Positions 1 through 13,899 of a stretch of DNA of 64,000 nucleotides are shown piece by piece. Under the pieces are notes generated by a model that did no database searches, was not told the DNA's origin, and was given only the letters and a program-made list of their open reading frames with translations. The stretch is from Octopus vulgaris (taxonomy: Eukaryota). The translations under genes and the position numbers were made by a program. Positions within the stretch are counted from its first letter, which is position 1; each line of letters starts with the position of its first letter. The DNA is taken from the NCBI GenBank assembly GCA_951406725.2, contig OX597815.1:160332001-160396000 (forward strand), read 5' to 3'.

Positions 1-201
<201 letters not shown>

Positions 202-840
202 CATATATAGATGCATGTACATATAAGCAAACGTATATGTATATATATTCCGAAGATTCTAAGGATGGAATAAAGCAAAGAGAAAACCCAAAATACAAGA
301 ATATGAATATTATTATTCCTTTCTACACTCAGTTCAATAAATGATTTAGGAATTAAATTTCCTATCTTGCAACAACAGCAAAAGAAACAAAAAAAAAAAA
401 CAAATACATAAAATCAACAACAACAACAAGCTATAAAAGATAAAAGAATTGATGAAAGAAAATAAAACACAAACATTAAAAACAAATAAAAGAAATAAAA
501 TAGTTTTATTCAATCTAGAAAGTCAACAACCTGGGGCGGTATAAGAGGGAAATGTTTTCTTTTATATCGCATCGACTTTCATCATTAGCTGACGCTTGGC
601 AAGGACACAAGAAGCACCATTGTCTTACAAGTTATACCACCCATAAATATATCGGACTCTCATCTAAAAGTGTAACCTGTTCATGTCATAGAATAAAGTT
701 CCTGTACAATTGATTGATTCATTTGCTTATAACAATGGAATTTTAGCTTTAGGATAAAAACAAAGTTTTTTTTTTCTTCTTTGCTTCTATGTATGCAGTT
801 TCAAATTTTCTTGTAGCTCTGTTCTCCAATGTTCATGTGT

Positions 841-848
<8 letters not shown>

Positions 849-917
<69 letters not shown>

Positions 918-1045
918 CATATATATATATGTATATATAGATGATATTATATTATATTTAGATTATTTATATATACATATATATGTATATATACATACAT
1001 TTATATATGTATATATAGATGATATTATATTATATTTAGATTATT

Positions 1046-1078
<33 letters not shown>

Positions 1079-1280
1079 GATATATATATATATATACATA
1101 TATATATGTATGATATACATATTTATATGTATATATATATGATATCATATGTGTTACATATTTATAATATCATATACCATACACACACACACACACACAT
1201 ATATATACATGAATGTATATACATATATACACAAATAAAATTATATAAATATGTATGTATATTTAGACATATACACACAT
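849..1280. repeat. Compound (TA)n/(CA)n microsatellite with a short internal duplication
   Basis: TA/CA runs; 'atagatgatattatattatatttagattatttatatata' occurs twice about 78 bp apart. Confidence 0.9.
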
Positions 1281-1582
1281 ATACATATGCATTTATATAA
1301 GCGTATATAGAACCAAGGAAAAAAAAAAGAAAAATATGAAACATGAGAAAGACATCAAAAAGAATAGTGGAGATTAAAGACATTTTTATATGTGTTTTAT
1401 CACTGATAAGTTGAAAAAGAAGAGCAAACAACTACGTTGCTCTTTTCATTGAAGGATAACATCACTTCTGTTTATAAATCAGATAGACACATACGGCCAT
1501 AGATGTATATGTGCATGTACGTTTGTTCATACGTGTATGTATGTGTATATATATATATATATCTTGCAAAACGAATATATAA

Positions 1583-1617
<35 letters not shown>

Positions 1618-2001
1618 CATACATATATATAATATATTGTGTCTATGTGTATATTGTTATGTAATGTATATATATATGATTGTATATTTGTATGCATATG
1701 TTGATAATGTATGTTTGTATGGATCTATATGTTATGAATGTATGTATATATGCATATATGTATGAAAGCATGCATAAATATAGAAGTGTTTAAATACCTA
1801 TATACATATGCATAGAATTAGATAGATATGAAATTCTTATAAGAATAATAACCAACAGCTCATACAAAACATAAAACCACAGCATGTGAACAATTAAATG
1901 TACATGTGTATGCTGCTTAGTAATGTATATATGCCTCTGTGTGCATATGTGTGTATATGTATTTGTGAGTATGTGTGTGTGTGTTATCATCATCATTTAG
2001 T

Positions 2002-2298
2002 AGAGGTGTGTGGCGCAGTGGTTAGGACATTCAGCTTACATTTGCAAGGTCCTGAGTTCGATACTTGGCAGGGCATTGTGTTCTTAAGCAAGACACTTTA
2101 TTTCTCATTGCTCCAGTCCACTCAGCTGGCAAAAATGAGTAGTACCTGTAATTCATTGTGTCATGCTGAATCTCCTTGAGAACTATGTTAAGGGCATGTG
2201 TGTCTGTGGAGTGCTCAACCACTTGCACGTTAATTTAATGAGCAAGATGTTCTGTTAACTGGGTCAACTAGAACACTCATTATAACCGATGGAGTGCC
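2002..2298 (+). mobile_element. tRNA-derived SINE, family A
   Basis: A-box-like tggcgcagtgg, B-box-like gagttcgatac, core gtgttcttaagcaagacacttt; homologous copy at 33195-33508. Confidence 0.85.
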
Positions 2299-2480
2299 TT
2301 TTCTATGGCACCAACACTAGTGAGGCCACCATGAAGCTTGCTAGATTAAGATCAGATCCCTTTAACTGAACGGAACTAGAGAAGAGAGAGGTGAAGGAAT
2401 AAACTATGAAAAAATGGGCCAGAACTAAACAGTCTTCTTCTTGTAGAAGAACTACATGGCTAGATGGCTACTTATATTAA

Positions 2481-2662
2481 CACTTTAACATTTAAACTGG
2501 CCATACCCAGCCCAAATATTTTACCTGTTTTATGTTGAAACCAACCAAATCTAGCCTGTCACATCATCAAAATTTCAAAGCTGCAAGACAATCCATAATT
2601 AATTCAAAACAATGTGAATAAATAAGCTTTACATTTGACAGAGTAAATTGAATGCTAAATGG
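2481..2662. mobile_element. piggyBac-type MITE
   Basis: TTAA on both sides; degenerate TIR (cactttaacatt / aatgctaaatgg); second copy at 10454-10631. Confidence 0.7.
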
Positions 2663-3477
2663 TTAAAGAAGAAAGAATGTTAGTGACTAGACTGGAGTTG
2701 GAAAGAGATAAAATGGTGATGAGCTGACAGTCTGGAGCCCCAAGGTTCAAGGTGAGTAAAACTGGGTGGGGACAGGAGAACAAAGAGTGTAGGTGGGTGG
2801 ATTTTGCAAGAGTGTAGAGGAGAGTGAGAGATGTAGTGATGCTTACTAATTATTCAGTAATTATCCAAAGAAAACAGATAAGTTCCTATATCATTATAAT
2901 TATTCAATTTCATAAGCATTTGCAAACATAATGCCAGAATATTTTTATATACACACAGAACTTATTGACTTAAGAAGTCAAAGATAAACTTTATTTGAAA
3001 AGATGTGATGCTCATGGTTAGATTGGTCTTGGTCAATGGTCTGCTTGATCAGGGCTAAACTACAGCAAAAGCTTCTACTCATCTGTTCACCAAAACCAAT
3101 TTATCTATTTGTTGACAATATATGTTAATGGTTGTCATTGTTAATCTACTATTGTATGTTTAATCTTTTAAGCTGGAGCTGGTTTTTCCATTCCTTCTAT
3201 GCACAGTACTCTTGTCAATGGTGCTAACTCTTTAAAGAAACTGTAGCCTCTTGTAGATGCTGGATAGTCTGTACACCTTCATCAAGATCTCCATGATGCT
3301 TATGCTCGGAACAGTATATTTGTCTGTAATGAAGAAGAACAAGAAAAAGAGTTTACTATAGAGAAAGAGTTCATTTATTTAGCATGTGCAATTTGAATGA
3401 CCCATGTCAGTTCGTAAAAAGCGTAAACCCACATTTGCAATACATTTGGGACAGCCCATACATATATACAGGGATAG

Positions 3478-3735
3478 TGGAGGCACGTGGCTTAGTAGTT
3501 ATGGTGTTCGATTCATGATCATAAGATTGCTGTTTCAATTCTTGGACCGGGCGACGTGTTGTGTTCTTGAGCAAAACACTTCCTTTCATGTTGCTCCAGT
3601 CCACTCAGCTGGCAAAAGTGAGTAATGCTGCGATGGTCCTGTGTCCTGGCCGGGTGTGGAATATATACACCATGGAAACTTGGAAACTGGCCCTTATGAC
3701 TTGGTATGATGAAAGAAGGAAACTTTAGCATTACC
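3478..3735 (+). mobile_element. tRNA-derived SINE, family A variant with ggaaactggcccttatga tail
   Basis: Same head and core as 2002-2298 but a different tail; tail homologous to minus-strand copies at 42680-42972 and 57185-57445. Confidence 0.8.
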
Positions 3736-3744
3736 TTTTATATA

Positions 3745-4335
3745 CAGGGATGGGTAAAAGTAGGTATACACTTTCTTTATATGAGTGGAATGTTCTTTTC
3801 ATTTTTCTATTTCCTTTTTAGGTAAGGGATTCATAAGTTGACTGAGGACCTACAGGAGATGCCTAGTTCATTGGAATCCCGTTTTTGCTTTTTGCTTCTT
3901 TGAGTGAATGCTTGAGCCACATGCATTTTATTTTGTCTTGTGGTAACTCTGACTAGTTGAACACTTTTCTGGGATTAGCAGCGCCACCTCTAGCTGAACA
4001 ATTATTCTATGCTGATAAAGGGAATAAACACAGAAATCGCAATACACAGATATTGTTTTGAGCAGAGTGAGGGTGCTAGATTCCCTTGTTCAAAAATATA
4101 AGGACACAGATCATGTTGTATAGCCAGCTGGAGACGATGTCTCCTGGGCTACATTACAGCAACATTCGTCCTAAACCAGAACTGCCATGTTATGTTGGCA
4201 AACAATCTTTACTACAAAGAATTAGCTAATAAGAATATAGAATCATAGAATTATTTTCCTATAAAAAGGAATAAAGAAATGAAAAGAACATTACACTCAT
4301 ATTAGGCAACTGTGTGCCTACTTTTGGCCAACCCC
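3745..4335. mobile_element. Tc1/mariner-type MITE with ~85-bp imperfect TIRs
   Basis: TA|cagggatgggtaaaagtaggtataca...atgttcttttcattt is mirrored by aaatgaaaagaacat...tgtgtgcctacttttggccaacccc. Confidence 0.65.
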
Positions 4336-4485
4336 ACCCCATATGTGTGAGTGTGTGTGTATATAATATTAACAAAATATGTTGATACAACAAAGCTTTC
4401 AAAAACGTAAATGTCAGGTGTAACTAACCCAAAAGGGGCTTCTGCAGTATTGGTGCTTTAGTGTAGTCTCAAAGATAAAATGACT

Positions 4486-5050
<565 letters not shown>

Positions 5051-6178
5051 CCATTGTGTTGGTTTCCCTTCCCTTATTTCCATGTGCCTTTATTAAATTT
5101 CACTTTTGTGTATGATTAAGAAGAAAAAAATAATGCTACATGAGAAAGACTTCACATGTCTTCACAATCAAGAATGTTCAGTTTTATTCAATTGTTCAAA
5201 AAGTGGTAGGCTTAGTGGGATTTTTATTTCTTCGTTTCTTTCTTTCCTTCTTTCATTTTTTTCATATATGAAAGTTGGCAACATTCTCCAGGAGAAATAC
5301 ACCTTTGCTGTACGAGTAAATAACTGTGTGTTTTTTTTTGTTTAATACATCATGTTCATTTTTTTTCTTTCTCTTTTTAGTTTCAAGAAATTCTATAATC
5401 AAATATGCCTTCCTTCCTTTTATCTAGAATAAGATTCTGAAGAGTTTGGGAGTTTGTTGACTTCATTCATATACTGTGTATGGTTACAGGTTTGTAATCC
5501 CCATGTATGTATATGTGTATATATATATATTACAAATATATATATATATTTGTAATCCCTATGTATGTATATGTGTATATCTGTAAACACACATACATAT
5601 ATATATTACAAATATATATATATTTGTAATCCCCATGTATGTATATGTGTATATCTGTGTACATATATATATATATATATATGCATGCATGTGGCAGAAG
5701 AATGAGTTTTCGTGTATGCAGATGCTGGCTGCACATAAATTTACGTACACACATATTAGTAGCATACCGAAAAGTATAACTTTATATTTCTGTTTCTATG
5801 GAGAACAAGGGTAGAGATGTGGTTGATGATAAAAATGAGTGGACGGGAAAGTAGGGGAGAGTAGGTGAAAGCTGTAGAGAGGTTGAAGATGAGGGAGTGT
5901 TTTCAGTTTATTTTGAACAAGGGTGCAAGGATGACTGATGATAAATGTAAGTTGGATAGTAGGTAGGGGAAAATAGGTGATGACTGGCAAAAGGTGAAAG
6001 GCAGCAGAATAGTAATGATATAATAAACAAAGGAAACATGAAAGAAAGGGAGATGATGTTTGAACAAAGACAGAGATGTAGTTTGTGGGGAGAAATTTTA
6101 GCATAAGTTTACTGAGGCATTGTTTTAGAGATAGATGCCCTTCATTTTGCTAAGCTTTATATGTTTTTTCATGTAAGG

Positions 6179-7263
6179 CAGATATATCAAACTCCCGGCT
6201 CACAGGCCACTTCTGGACCATGCAGCAATTTCATCTGGCCCACAGGACCATTTTGATATCAGCATGAAATTGGTCCAACTGGTGGCATCAGCAAATAGAA
6301 TACTTTGCTGCCCTCAGCAGCACCCATGCCTTCTTGTTACAACTACACATAGAGAGTGTGTGTGGCTAAAGCAGGCCATTACATTATATATAGCACTGAC
6401 TGCACTACCTTTCTTACGGAGGGTGTCACCAAACGTAGCAATAATTTAATACACGACTAGAAACAACACCAATGTAACTATTACCCCATGTCTGTACAAA
6501 AGAACACATTAAAGTGACATGATAACACAGCCACAAGTCTTAATTGTAACTGCAACGAAGCATGCTAGGAAACACCTCCTGCAATTCTCTAATTGCGTGT
6601 TCTGAAGCGCTGATGACGCAAAATCTACTAACCCCACAATGCACTGCAACAGCCACCTTATCACGCTTTTGGGTGATCATTTTCATGTGACGTAATTCAG
6701 TAGTTGTAGTAGTTACCTATATCAATGGCCAAGAGAAAAGTTGATGCTGAAAACAGAGCCTTTTAAATCTGGTGAGAAACTGAGTATATGTTTACTGACA
6801 TTGATGGCAAACCTGTGTGTCTTAACTGTAGTGCTAATGTTGCTGTACTTGAAAAATATAATCGCAAACACCACTACGAGACAAAGCATCAGGACAAGTA
6901 TAAATATCTCACTGCTGAGTAGAAGCAATGAAAGGTTTGAAGCAATGAAAGGTTTGAAGAGTTGAAGAGGAATCCCATATTACAAAAGACATTTTTAATC
7001 AAAGCAAAATCACAAAATGAAGCTGCTGTTAAAGTAATTTTTATTGTGACAGAGGAGATTGCAAAATCCTCCCAGCCATTTACCGAAGAAGAGTTTGTGA
7101 AGAACTGTGTGATGAAAATGTGTGATGTTTGTGTCCAGACAAGAAGAAATTATTTGCTAACGTGAGTATTAGCAGGAATATGGTTGCTGATCGGTTGAAA
7201 ACATAGTTGGCTGAAAAAGAAAAAAGATCTTGTTGCATATTTTCTTGCTGTGGATGAGACTAC
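6179..7263 (+). mobile_element. hAT (Charlie/SPIN/GTF2IRD2-like) transposon, decayed 5' part
   Basis: From 6725 reads MAKRKVDAENRAF*..EYMFTDIDGKPVCLNCSANVAVLEKYNRKHHYETKH (BED-finger region), then SSQPFTEEEFVKNC and AYFLAVDETT; hAT-like left end at 6179. Confidence 0.85.
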
Positions 7264-7415
7264 TTCCGAATTCAAACAGACGAATGAGATCTCGCATTCC
7301 TCCTCATTCACCCACGTGTGCCAATGAAGTACTAGTCTTATATATATGCTGTTTGATGACGCTTGGTCAAATACGTATGTTAATTATCAGTGCTCTCAAA
7401 TTTAAAATTTGAAAT

Positions 7416-7498
7416 ACTGTACTGATGAGGAGAATGAGTGAGTAGAAATATGATTTTACATTTTTCACATTTGTCTAACTCCGAAACGTGTATACAGT
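7416..7498 (+). ncRNA. Type I hammerhead ribozyme motif, canonical core, long stem II insert
   Basis: actgta-CTGATGA-ggag..46 nt..ctcc-GAAA-cgtg-TA-tacagt: 6-bp stem I, 4-bp stem II base, near-palindromic stem III. Confidence 0.8.
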
Positions 7499-7788
7499 TA
7501 ATCAGAGCTGGGTAGATTCGTTATTTTTTTCTCTTTAACTGCATGAGTTGTTGTATATTGCTGTCTGGGAGATATCTTATAGTAGCAGAATAGTAGTTTA
7601 ACTGCTATTTCTAAATTTTGGTATGTGGTGAAGCAAATTTTGCTGAACCCTAATTATAATTATACTCATAATTATAGAATTTTTGTGTAAGTTTACCGAT
7701 AATGGTTCTTTTAACATACCGAACTACTTGGTAAAATTATTAATTATTAATTAATTAATTAATTAATTTTACCCTTTATTATTATTGA

Positions 7789-7831
<43 letters not shown>

Positions 7832-7949
7832 ACATATATATGCGAGTGTGTATACAAGCATACATATACAGTATATATATATATGTGGGTGTGTGTGTAC
7901 ATGGATATATATATATATGTGTGTGTGTGTGTATATATATGTGTGTAAT

Positions 7950-8108
7950 AGGCACAGGAGTGGCTGTGTAGTAAGTAGCTTGCTTACCAGCCACATGGTT
8001 TCCGGTTCAGTCCCATCACATGGAACTTTGGGCAAGTGTCTTCTACTTGAGTCTCAGGCTGACCAAAACCTGTGGATTTGGTAGACAGAAACTGAAAGAA
8101 GCCCATCG

Positions 8109-8139
<31 letters not shown>

Positions 8140-8281
8140 TTTAAAGTCCACTTTCCATGCTAGCATTGGTTGGACGGTTTGACTGAGGACTGGTGAGCTA
8201 GATGGCTGCACCAGGCTACAATCTGATCTGGCAGAGTTTTTACAGCTGGATGCCCTTCCTAATGCCAACCACTCAGAGAAC

Positions 8282-8344
<63 letters not shown>

Positions 8345-8668
8345 TGTATGTATGTATGTATGTATGTATGTATGTATGTATGTATGTATGTATGTATGTA
8401 TGTATGTATGTATGTATGTATGTATGTATGTATGTATGTATGTATGTATGTATGTATGTATGTGTTTGTCTCCTCCACCAACATTGTTTGGCAACTGATG
8501 GTGGTGTGTTTACATCCCCTGTAACTTAGCAGTTTGGTAAAAGAGACTGATAGAATAAGTACTAGGGTTACAAGGAATAAGTCCTGGGGTCGATTAGCTC
8601 AACTAAAGGTGGTGCTCCAGCATGGCCTCAGTCATATGACTGAAACAAGTAAAAGAAAGGGTAAAAAG
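7950..8668 (+). mobile_element. SINE family B (internal microsatellite) with a nested RTE-type 3' tail at 8138-8280 (-)
   Basis: Head ggcacaggagtggctgtgtagtaag...gaaactgaaagaagcccatcg, then TA/TATG run, then tail ...ggtgctccagcatggcc...gactgaaacaagtaaaag; more than 12 homologous pieces in the window. Confidence 0.9.
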
Positions 8669-8721
8669 AATACATACATATATATAGATAGATAGATAGA
8701 TAGATATATATATATTTTTTT

Positions 8722-8937
8722 TTAACTGCCCACAAGGGGCTAAACACAGAGGGGACAGACACATGGATTGAGTCGATTATATCGACGCCAGTGCATAACT
8801 GGTACTTATTTAATCGACCTCAAAAGGATGAAAGGCAAAGTCGACCTCGGCGGAATTTGAACTCAGAACGTAGCAGCAGATGAAATACTGCTAAGCATTT
8901 CACCCAACGTGCTAACGTTTCTGCCAGCTCGCCGCCT
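8722..8937 (-). mobile_element. SINE family C
   Basis: Reverse complement of ggcggcgagctggcagaaacgttagc...gagttcaaattccgccgaggtcgactttgcctttcatcc. Confidence 0.9.
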
Positions 8938-9029
8938 TTATATACATAATATATATATATACATATACATATATATATATATATCGATAGATAGATGTAA
9001 TATACATATATATAGATAGATAGATATAA

Positions 9030-9084
<55 letters not shown>

Positions 9085-9841
9085 GTATGTATATGTATCC
9101 ACACACAAACATACACCCATAAAAATATACAGACCATTTAGATATACAGGCATGTATATTGACTCATGCTTTTACAGAGAAATTGAAGAGAATCAGTATG
9201 AGCGAGTGGGGTTATTTTCAAAAGTCATATTATCAATTGCCAACAAGACAAAGAAGAAAGATCTCACAAAGCTAATTTCCGGCATTCGATACATGTATCA
9301 CATATCCTCATGTTAGTTTATGCTAAATGTCTGATTCTAATTATTTTCCTTTCCCAGAATAAAACTTGACTCTCTTTCTGACTCATTTATGAATATAATG
9401 AACAGAGACCCCCACCCCACCCCACCCCCACCTCCATTAGAATAAATTATAGCTTTCTTTGATTATCTAACATTCCTACTGATAATAACCTTCTGATGTA
9501 ACACTGTGTTAATATAGTATTTACAAAGACCTATCTCTTTTCCTTTTTAGATTTCTAAGTCTTTAAAGCTGAACTCACCACCACATGTCAGTTCAACTTG
9601 TTTAAAGTGATGGGATATGTTACAACACTTAGTGTTTCAACAATGGTTTCATCAAAGTACCTAAAGAATTTTGGCTCATTGAGGAAATTACATCTGGTTC
9701 CTATGTTCACATTGTACCAGAAATAGTCCATTGTTCTGTCTGAAAAGTTTACTTTGTTATTCCACAATAATAGTTTTGGAACTGTTTATATTCCTGAAAG
9801 TATTTTACAGACACGAAAGTAATATTTCAAATGCAATATAT

Positions 9842-10072
9842 ATTTCTTTACTACCCACAGGGGGTTAAACACAGAGAGCACAAACAAGGACAGACAAACG
9901 GATTAAGTCAGTTACATAGACCCCAGTGCATAACTGGTACTTAATTTATCGACCCTGAAAGGATGAAAGGCAAAGTCGACCTCGGCACAATTTGGACTCA
10001 GAATGTAACGGCAGATGAAATACCGCTAAGCATTTTGCCTGGCATGCTAACGTTTCTGCCAGCTCGCCACCT
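9842..10072 (-). mobile_element. SINE family C
   Basis: Homologous to 8722-8937. Confidence 0.9.
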
Positions 10073-10453
10073 TAGTACTCTACCATTAAGCTACAGTGTC
10101 TGCTAACAACAATTATGTCAATTTTAACACTAAATAATAGCTTTAGGAAAGCGACAACATTTTGTAATCAAAATTTGGAAAAATTGAATGTGTTTGGTAT
10201 TTTACAGACAAGATAGTAAATTATAAATGTAGTATAGCTGTGAAAACAGCAGAAAGATAAGGTATTTTGTCCTCTTTCTGTCTTAAACAAAATATTTTGT
10301 TTCATATTGTCTCGTTCCACTCAGCTGTAAATAAATAACCTTGCAAGAGACCGACATCCTGTTCAGGGAAGATGTTGTGATCTTGGTTGCTTGCACACCA
10401 TGGAAACTGAGTAAGTGGCCCTGTGAAGCAATATTGTCCAGGGACTTACTTAA

Positions 10454-10631
10454 CCCTTTATCATTTAAACCAGCCATATCCATCTCAAATATTCTACTAG
10501 CTTTATGTTCAAACTGGTCTGATCCTGCACATCATTGAAGTTTTGAAACTATGAGATAATAATTGATTAATTTTTAAAAAATGTTAATAAATAAGCATTA
10601 CATTTGTCAGAATAATCTGAATGCTAAAGTG
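10454..10631. mobile_element. piggyBac-type MITE
   Basis: TTAA|ccctttatcatt ... aatgctaaagtg|TTAA; homologous to 2481-2662. Confidence 0.75.
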
Positions 10632-10908
10632 TTAAACATGATATGTAATTGTTTTAAACCCTGCTCCAATGAACAAACCTCTCAATGTCTTTGCACAATA
10701 TACATTAAACTCAAACCTGTTAAACTCCCTCTTAACCCAACTTGTTTTACTCTTATCCTATCACTCTTCTGACTATTTACACCCAGTCAACCAAATTATT
10801 TTCCTACAACTAAAACCTCTGTTCTTAAAAGGCCTTTATAAATTATGGTAAACTCCTTATTTTTCGTCTCTAATGAAATATTTAGCTACATTAGATAAAA
10901 TCCTGTGT

Positions 10909-11011
10909 ATATTAGCTTTGGCTGTACATAATCTAAAATTGGAATAATACAGGGAAGATTAGAATGGCCTCTGTGCAAGGATGACACAAATTTGTGAAGC
11001 ATTCCATATTT
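10909..11011 (+). pseudogene. U6: Full-length U6 snRNA pseudogene
   Basis: ctaaaattggaataatacagggaagattagaatggcctctgtgcaaggatgacacaaatttgtgaagcattccatattt aligns with U6; the ACAGAGA box and AGC triad are mutated and the CpGs are decayed. Confidence 0.93.
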
Positions 11012-11013
11012 CC

Positions 11014-11180
11014 AGATGCAGTCATGGCTGTGGGGTAAGAAGCTTGCTTCCCAACCACATGGTTCCAGGTTCAGTCCCACTTTGTGTCACTTTGAGCAAG
11101 TGTCTTCTACTATAGCCTCAAGCTGACCAAAACCTTGTGGATAGATTTGGCAGATGGAAACTGAAAGAAGTCCATTGTAT
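11014..11180 (+). mobile_element. SINE family B 5' half (3' half resumes at ~12420-12590 after the Tc1 insertion)
   Basis: Homology to 7950-8110; the tail portion follows the Tc1 right TIR. Confidence 0.85.
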
Positions 11181-11197
11181 ATATGTATGTATATAAA

Positions 11198-12415
11198 CAC
11201 AGACATGACAGAAATAAATAGACACCCTTGCAATTGTTAAAATTTATTTAAATCTGAAATTATACATTCAAATTATTTATTAATTGTTATAATGTGAATA
11301 TTTAGTAGATATGCTCCTTGCATTATTCAATGCAAGGATCCTATCAGGCATATTAATGAATTGAGGAATTTCTTGCCAAGTTTCATGCAGTAATTTCAAA
11401 AGATCTGGCTTTAATGATGCTTTCTTGTTCATTTTATGAAGTACCCTGTCCATTATGCCCTAGATGTGTTCAATAGGGTTCTTACCTGGTGATTAGCTTG
11501 GCAACAAAAGCTTTTTAATGTCATTCTCAACTAACAAATCTTGGGTCATTTTTAACCATGTGACAAGGAGCCCCATCTTCCATAAACAGTCTTCATTAAT
11601 CATTTCACCACTGGAGAAAATTGGAAGGAGTTCTGTCTGCAATATGGACATATATTTATCTGGGTTTATGTTTCCCACACTCCATCATCTCTGACTGACC
11701 ATTGCTCTAAATTGCTCCCCAGACCATCACAGAATAGCTGTTGTGTTTCATTGTTGGCTGCAATCTTTTCCCATCAAATTCTTGATCACAGAGTTTCCAG
11801 ACCCACACTCAACCACTGTCAGAAAATACAACGAATCTGGACTCATCGGAGATTATGACAATGTCCCAAAATGCTAGTGGCCTCTCCACCATCTCACTGG
11901 CCCAATCTTTTCTCCACTTGATATTGGCTGGTCAAAGAAGTGGCTTCCTTCTAGCTGCTCTGCTATTGTAACTAAGTCTGTAGAGATAGCTGACAGTTGT
12001 TCTGGGACTGACATCAACATGTTCTGTTATGTCAGAAGCCTCGCAACAAGGATTATCCTCCACACTTTCTCTTAACAAAGAGAATGTTCTTGACAGAGAG
12101 CCCTGGTTATCATGAGTGAGGTGATGTAGACTCCTTACCCTCTCTGGTAAATTGCACACTCACTCTGTTAACTGTAGAAAGCGGGATCACAATATTTTCT
12201 GTGATTTTATGCTATGTCCACCTTCAGATTGACCCACAATATGACCTCTTTGAAATTTAGACAGTTCCTTGGCTTCTTTTGTACATGGCATGATTAAACA
12301 GTCACATATGGAGCCTGAAATTTTAAAATGTCAATTAATAAAAAATATGAATTTTTACAAGTTAAACATAAAACGATGTTTTATGGGGTGTCTGTTTACT
12401 TCTGTCATGTCTTTG
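11198..12415 (-). mobile_element. Tc1-family DNA transposon, decayed
   Basis: ~30-bp TIRs (cacagacatgacagaaataaatagacaccc / gggtgtctgtttacttctgtcatgtctttg|TA); minus-strand remnants RAARRKPLL, IISDESRF, VMVWGAI, EDGAPCH, SPGKNPIEH. Confidence 0.9.
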
Positions 12416-13899
12416 TATATCCATGTGTGTCTTTGTGTCTGTATTTGTTTTCCACCACTGCTTGACAACCAGCATTGGTGTGTTTACATCCTTGTAACTT
12501 AGCAGCACAGCAAACACATTCAATACAATAAGTACCGGTCTTCATAAAAAAAAATTACCAGTCTCAAAGTAAAAGATAAAGATCAAAGGATAATAGCTAG
12601 GCACCATCATTTTTCATTGCTATTATTATTTGGCTTTGACTGAGAATATCAAATTACAAAGACATTCCATGAATGACCATCCCAAATTTGTCCAATTATA
12701 GTGTCCTTTAGACAATACTATCTAGTATGTCCTAGTTTTCAGTATATATACATATATACATATATAGTGTTCTAATTTGGGGCAAGTTACTGCATAGAGA
12801 CTCCATAAATTTTACTTGTGATAGCATGTTGTAATTTGATTTAATCAACGTTATAATTAAATGTCTTTGGTTAAATAATAATTTTTAGGCTACTTTACAT
12901 GTATGCTTTTTATAGGCTAATATATTCAAAACCTCTTCAAAGATTTCACTGAAACTAATAACATGCAGCAACAGGACAAGTGAAACATCACAGCAGTTTC
13001 TACTTCACTTCAAACTACTGAATATGCTGCTGTTAAAAGCTGAACATACTAACATAGTTAATTATATGGATGGCCCATTTGAATCTAACAAACCTTTGCT
13101 TTCATTGTTCAGATGAATAATACTTCGTTCACACAAAGTTGATCATTAAAGTGGGAAAATATGAATGAGCAGTTAATTTTTCATTGGAGTTTTTGTTTTA
13201 TTTTTGGTGTTTATTTTAAGGTTTATGGTCTGTTTGTTTCAATGGAATTTCTAATTAATAAAGGTAATTAATTTTATGGTTCTCTTAAAAACTTCTCTGT
13301 TGTTTTGCAAGAAATACTCTCAGATTACATTGGCTTGATACAACTCTCAAACAGATATTGTGATGTTATATATGTGTGTGTAAGTGTGTGTGAACTTGTG
13401 CATGTATGCATATGTGCATGTGTGTGTATATATAGAGGGAAATGTTTGTCTTTGTGTATCTTTTTATTCATATCCCTTGGGCAGGAGTGACGTGTTTATG
13501 TTCTGCATGAACAAAACGTCCTGGTGATCAGCTGTTTATCATTGTGAAGATTTAGAACAAAGTATCGTACTTGAAAATATATAAGAGTTGAAATAAAAAA
13601 AAAGGGGGTATCCAGCTGTAGAATAAAACCTTAAGAAGTTTTGATTTTACCCAGCCAGCATGGAGAAAACAGATGTAAATATGATGATGACTATGAAACA
13701 GATGTGTAACTCCTGGCCATCTCTGATGGAGCAGTCCTATAGCATGGAGGTGAGTAGCTTGAACAACTAAGCCAAACCTACAGACCTTGTGTTCTAGATA
13801 TACCATGTCACCACCAATTTGATGACCAAAGTACATACTCCAATGTACAGTGTTAATTGCATAGACTGTAGCATGATATATCCTGTAGAAAGATATACT

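Noticed and set aside
3200-3322. Strong minus-strand acceptor followed by QIYCSEHKHHGDLDEGVQTIQHLQEATVSLKS*
   Set aside because: Short, no recognisable homology and no supported upstream exon; worth an RNA-seq look only.
5381-5489. Plus-strand segment with good acceptor and donor
   Set aside because: Stops in all three frames; a non-coding exon cannot be shown from sequence.
5491-5660. Three spaced copies of tttgtaatcccyatgtatgtatatgtgtatat (CRISPR-like look)
   Set aside because: Spacers are microsatellite, context is eukaryotic and there are no cas genes; slippage duplication.
9551-9745. Exon-like block with splice-like signals on both strands
   Set aside because: No frame stays open between a convincing acceptor and donor.
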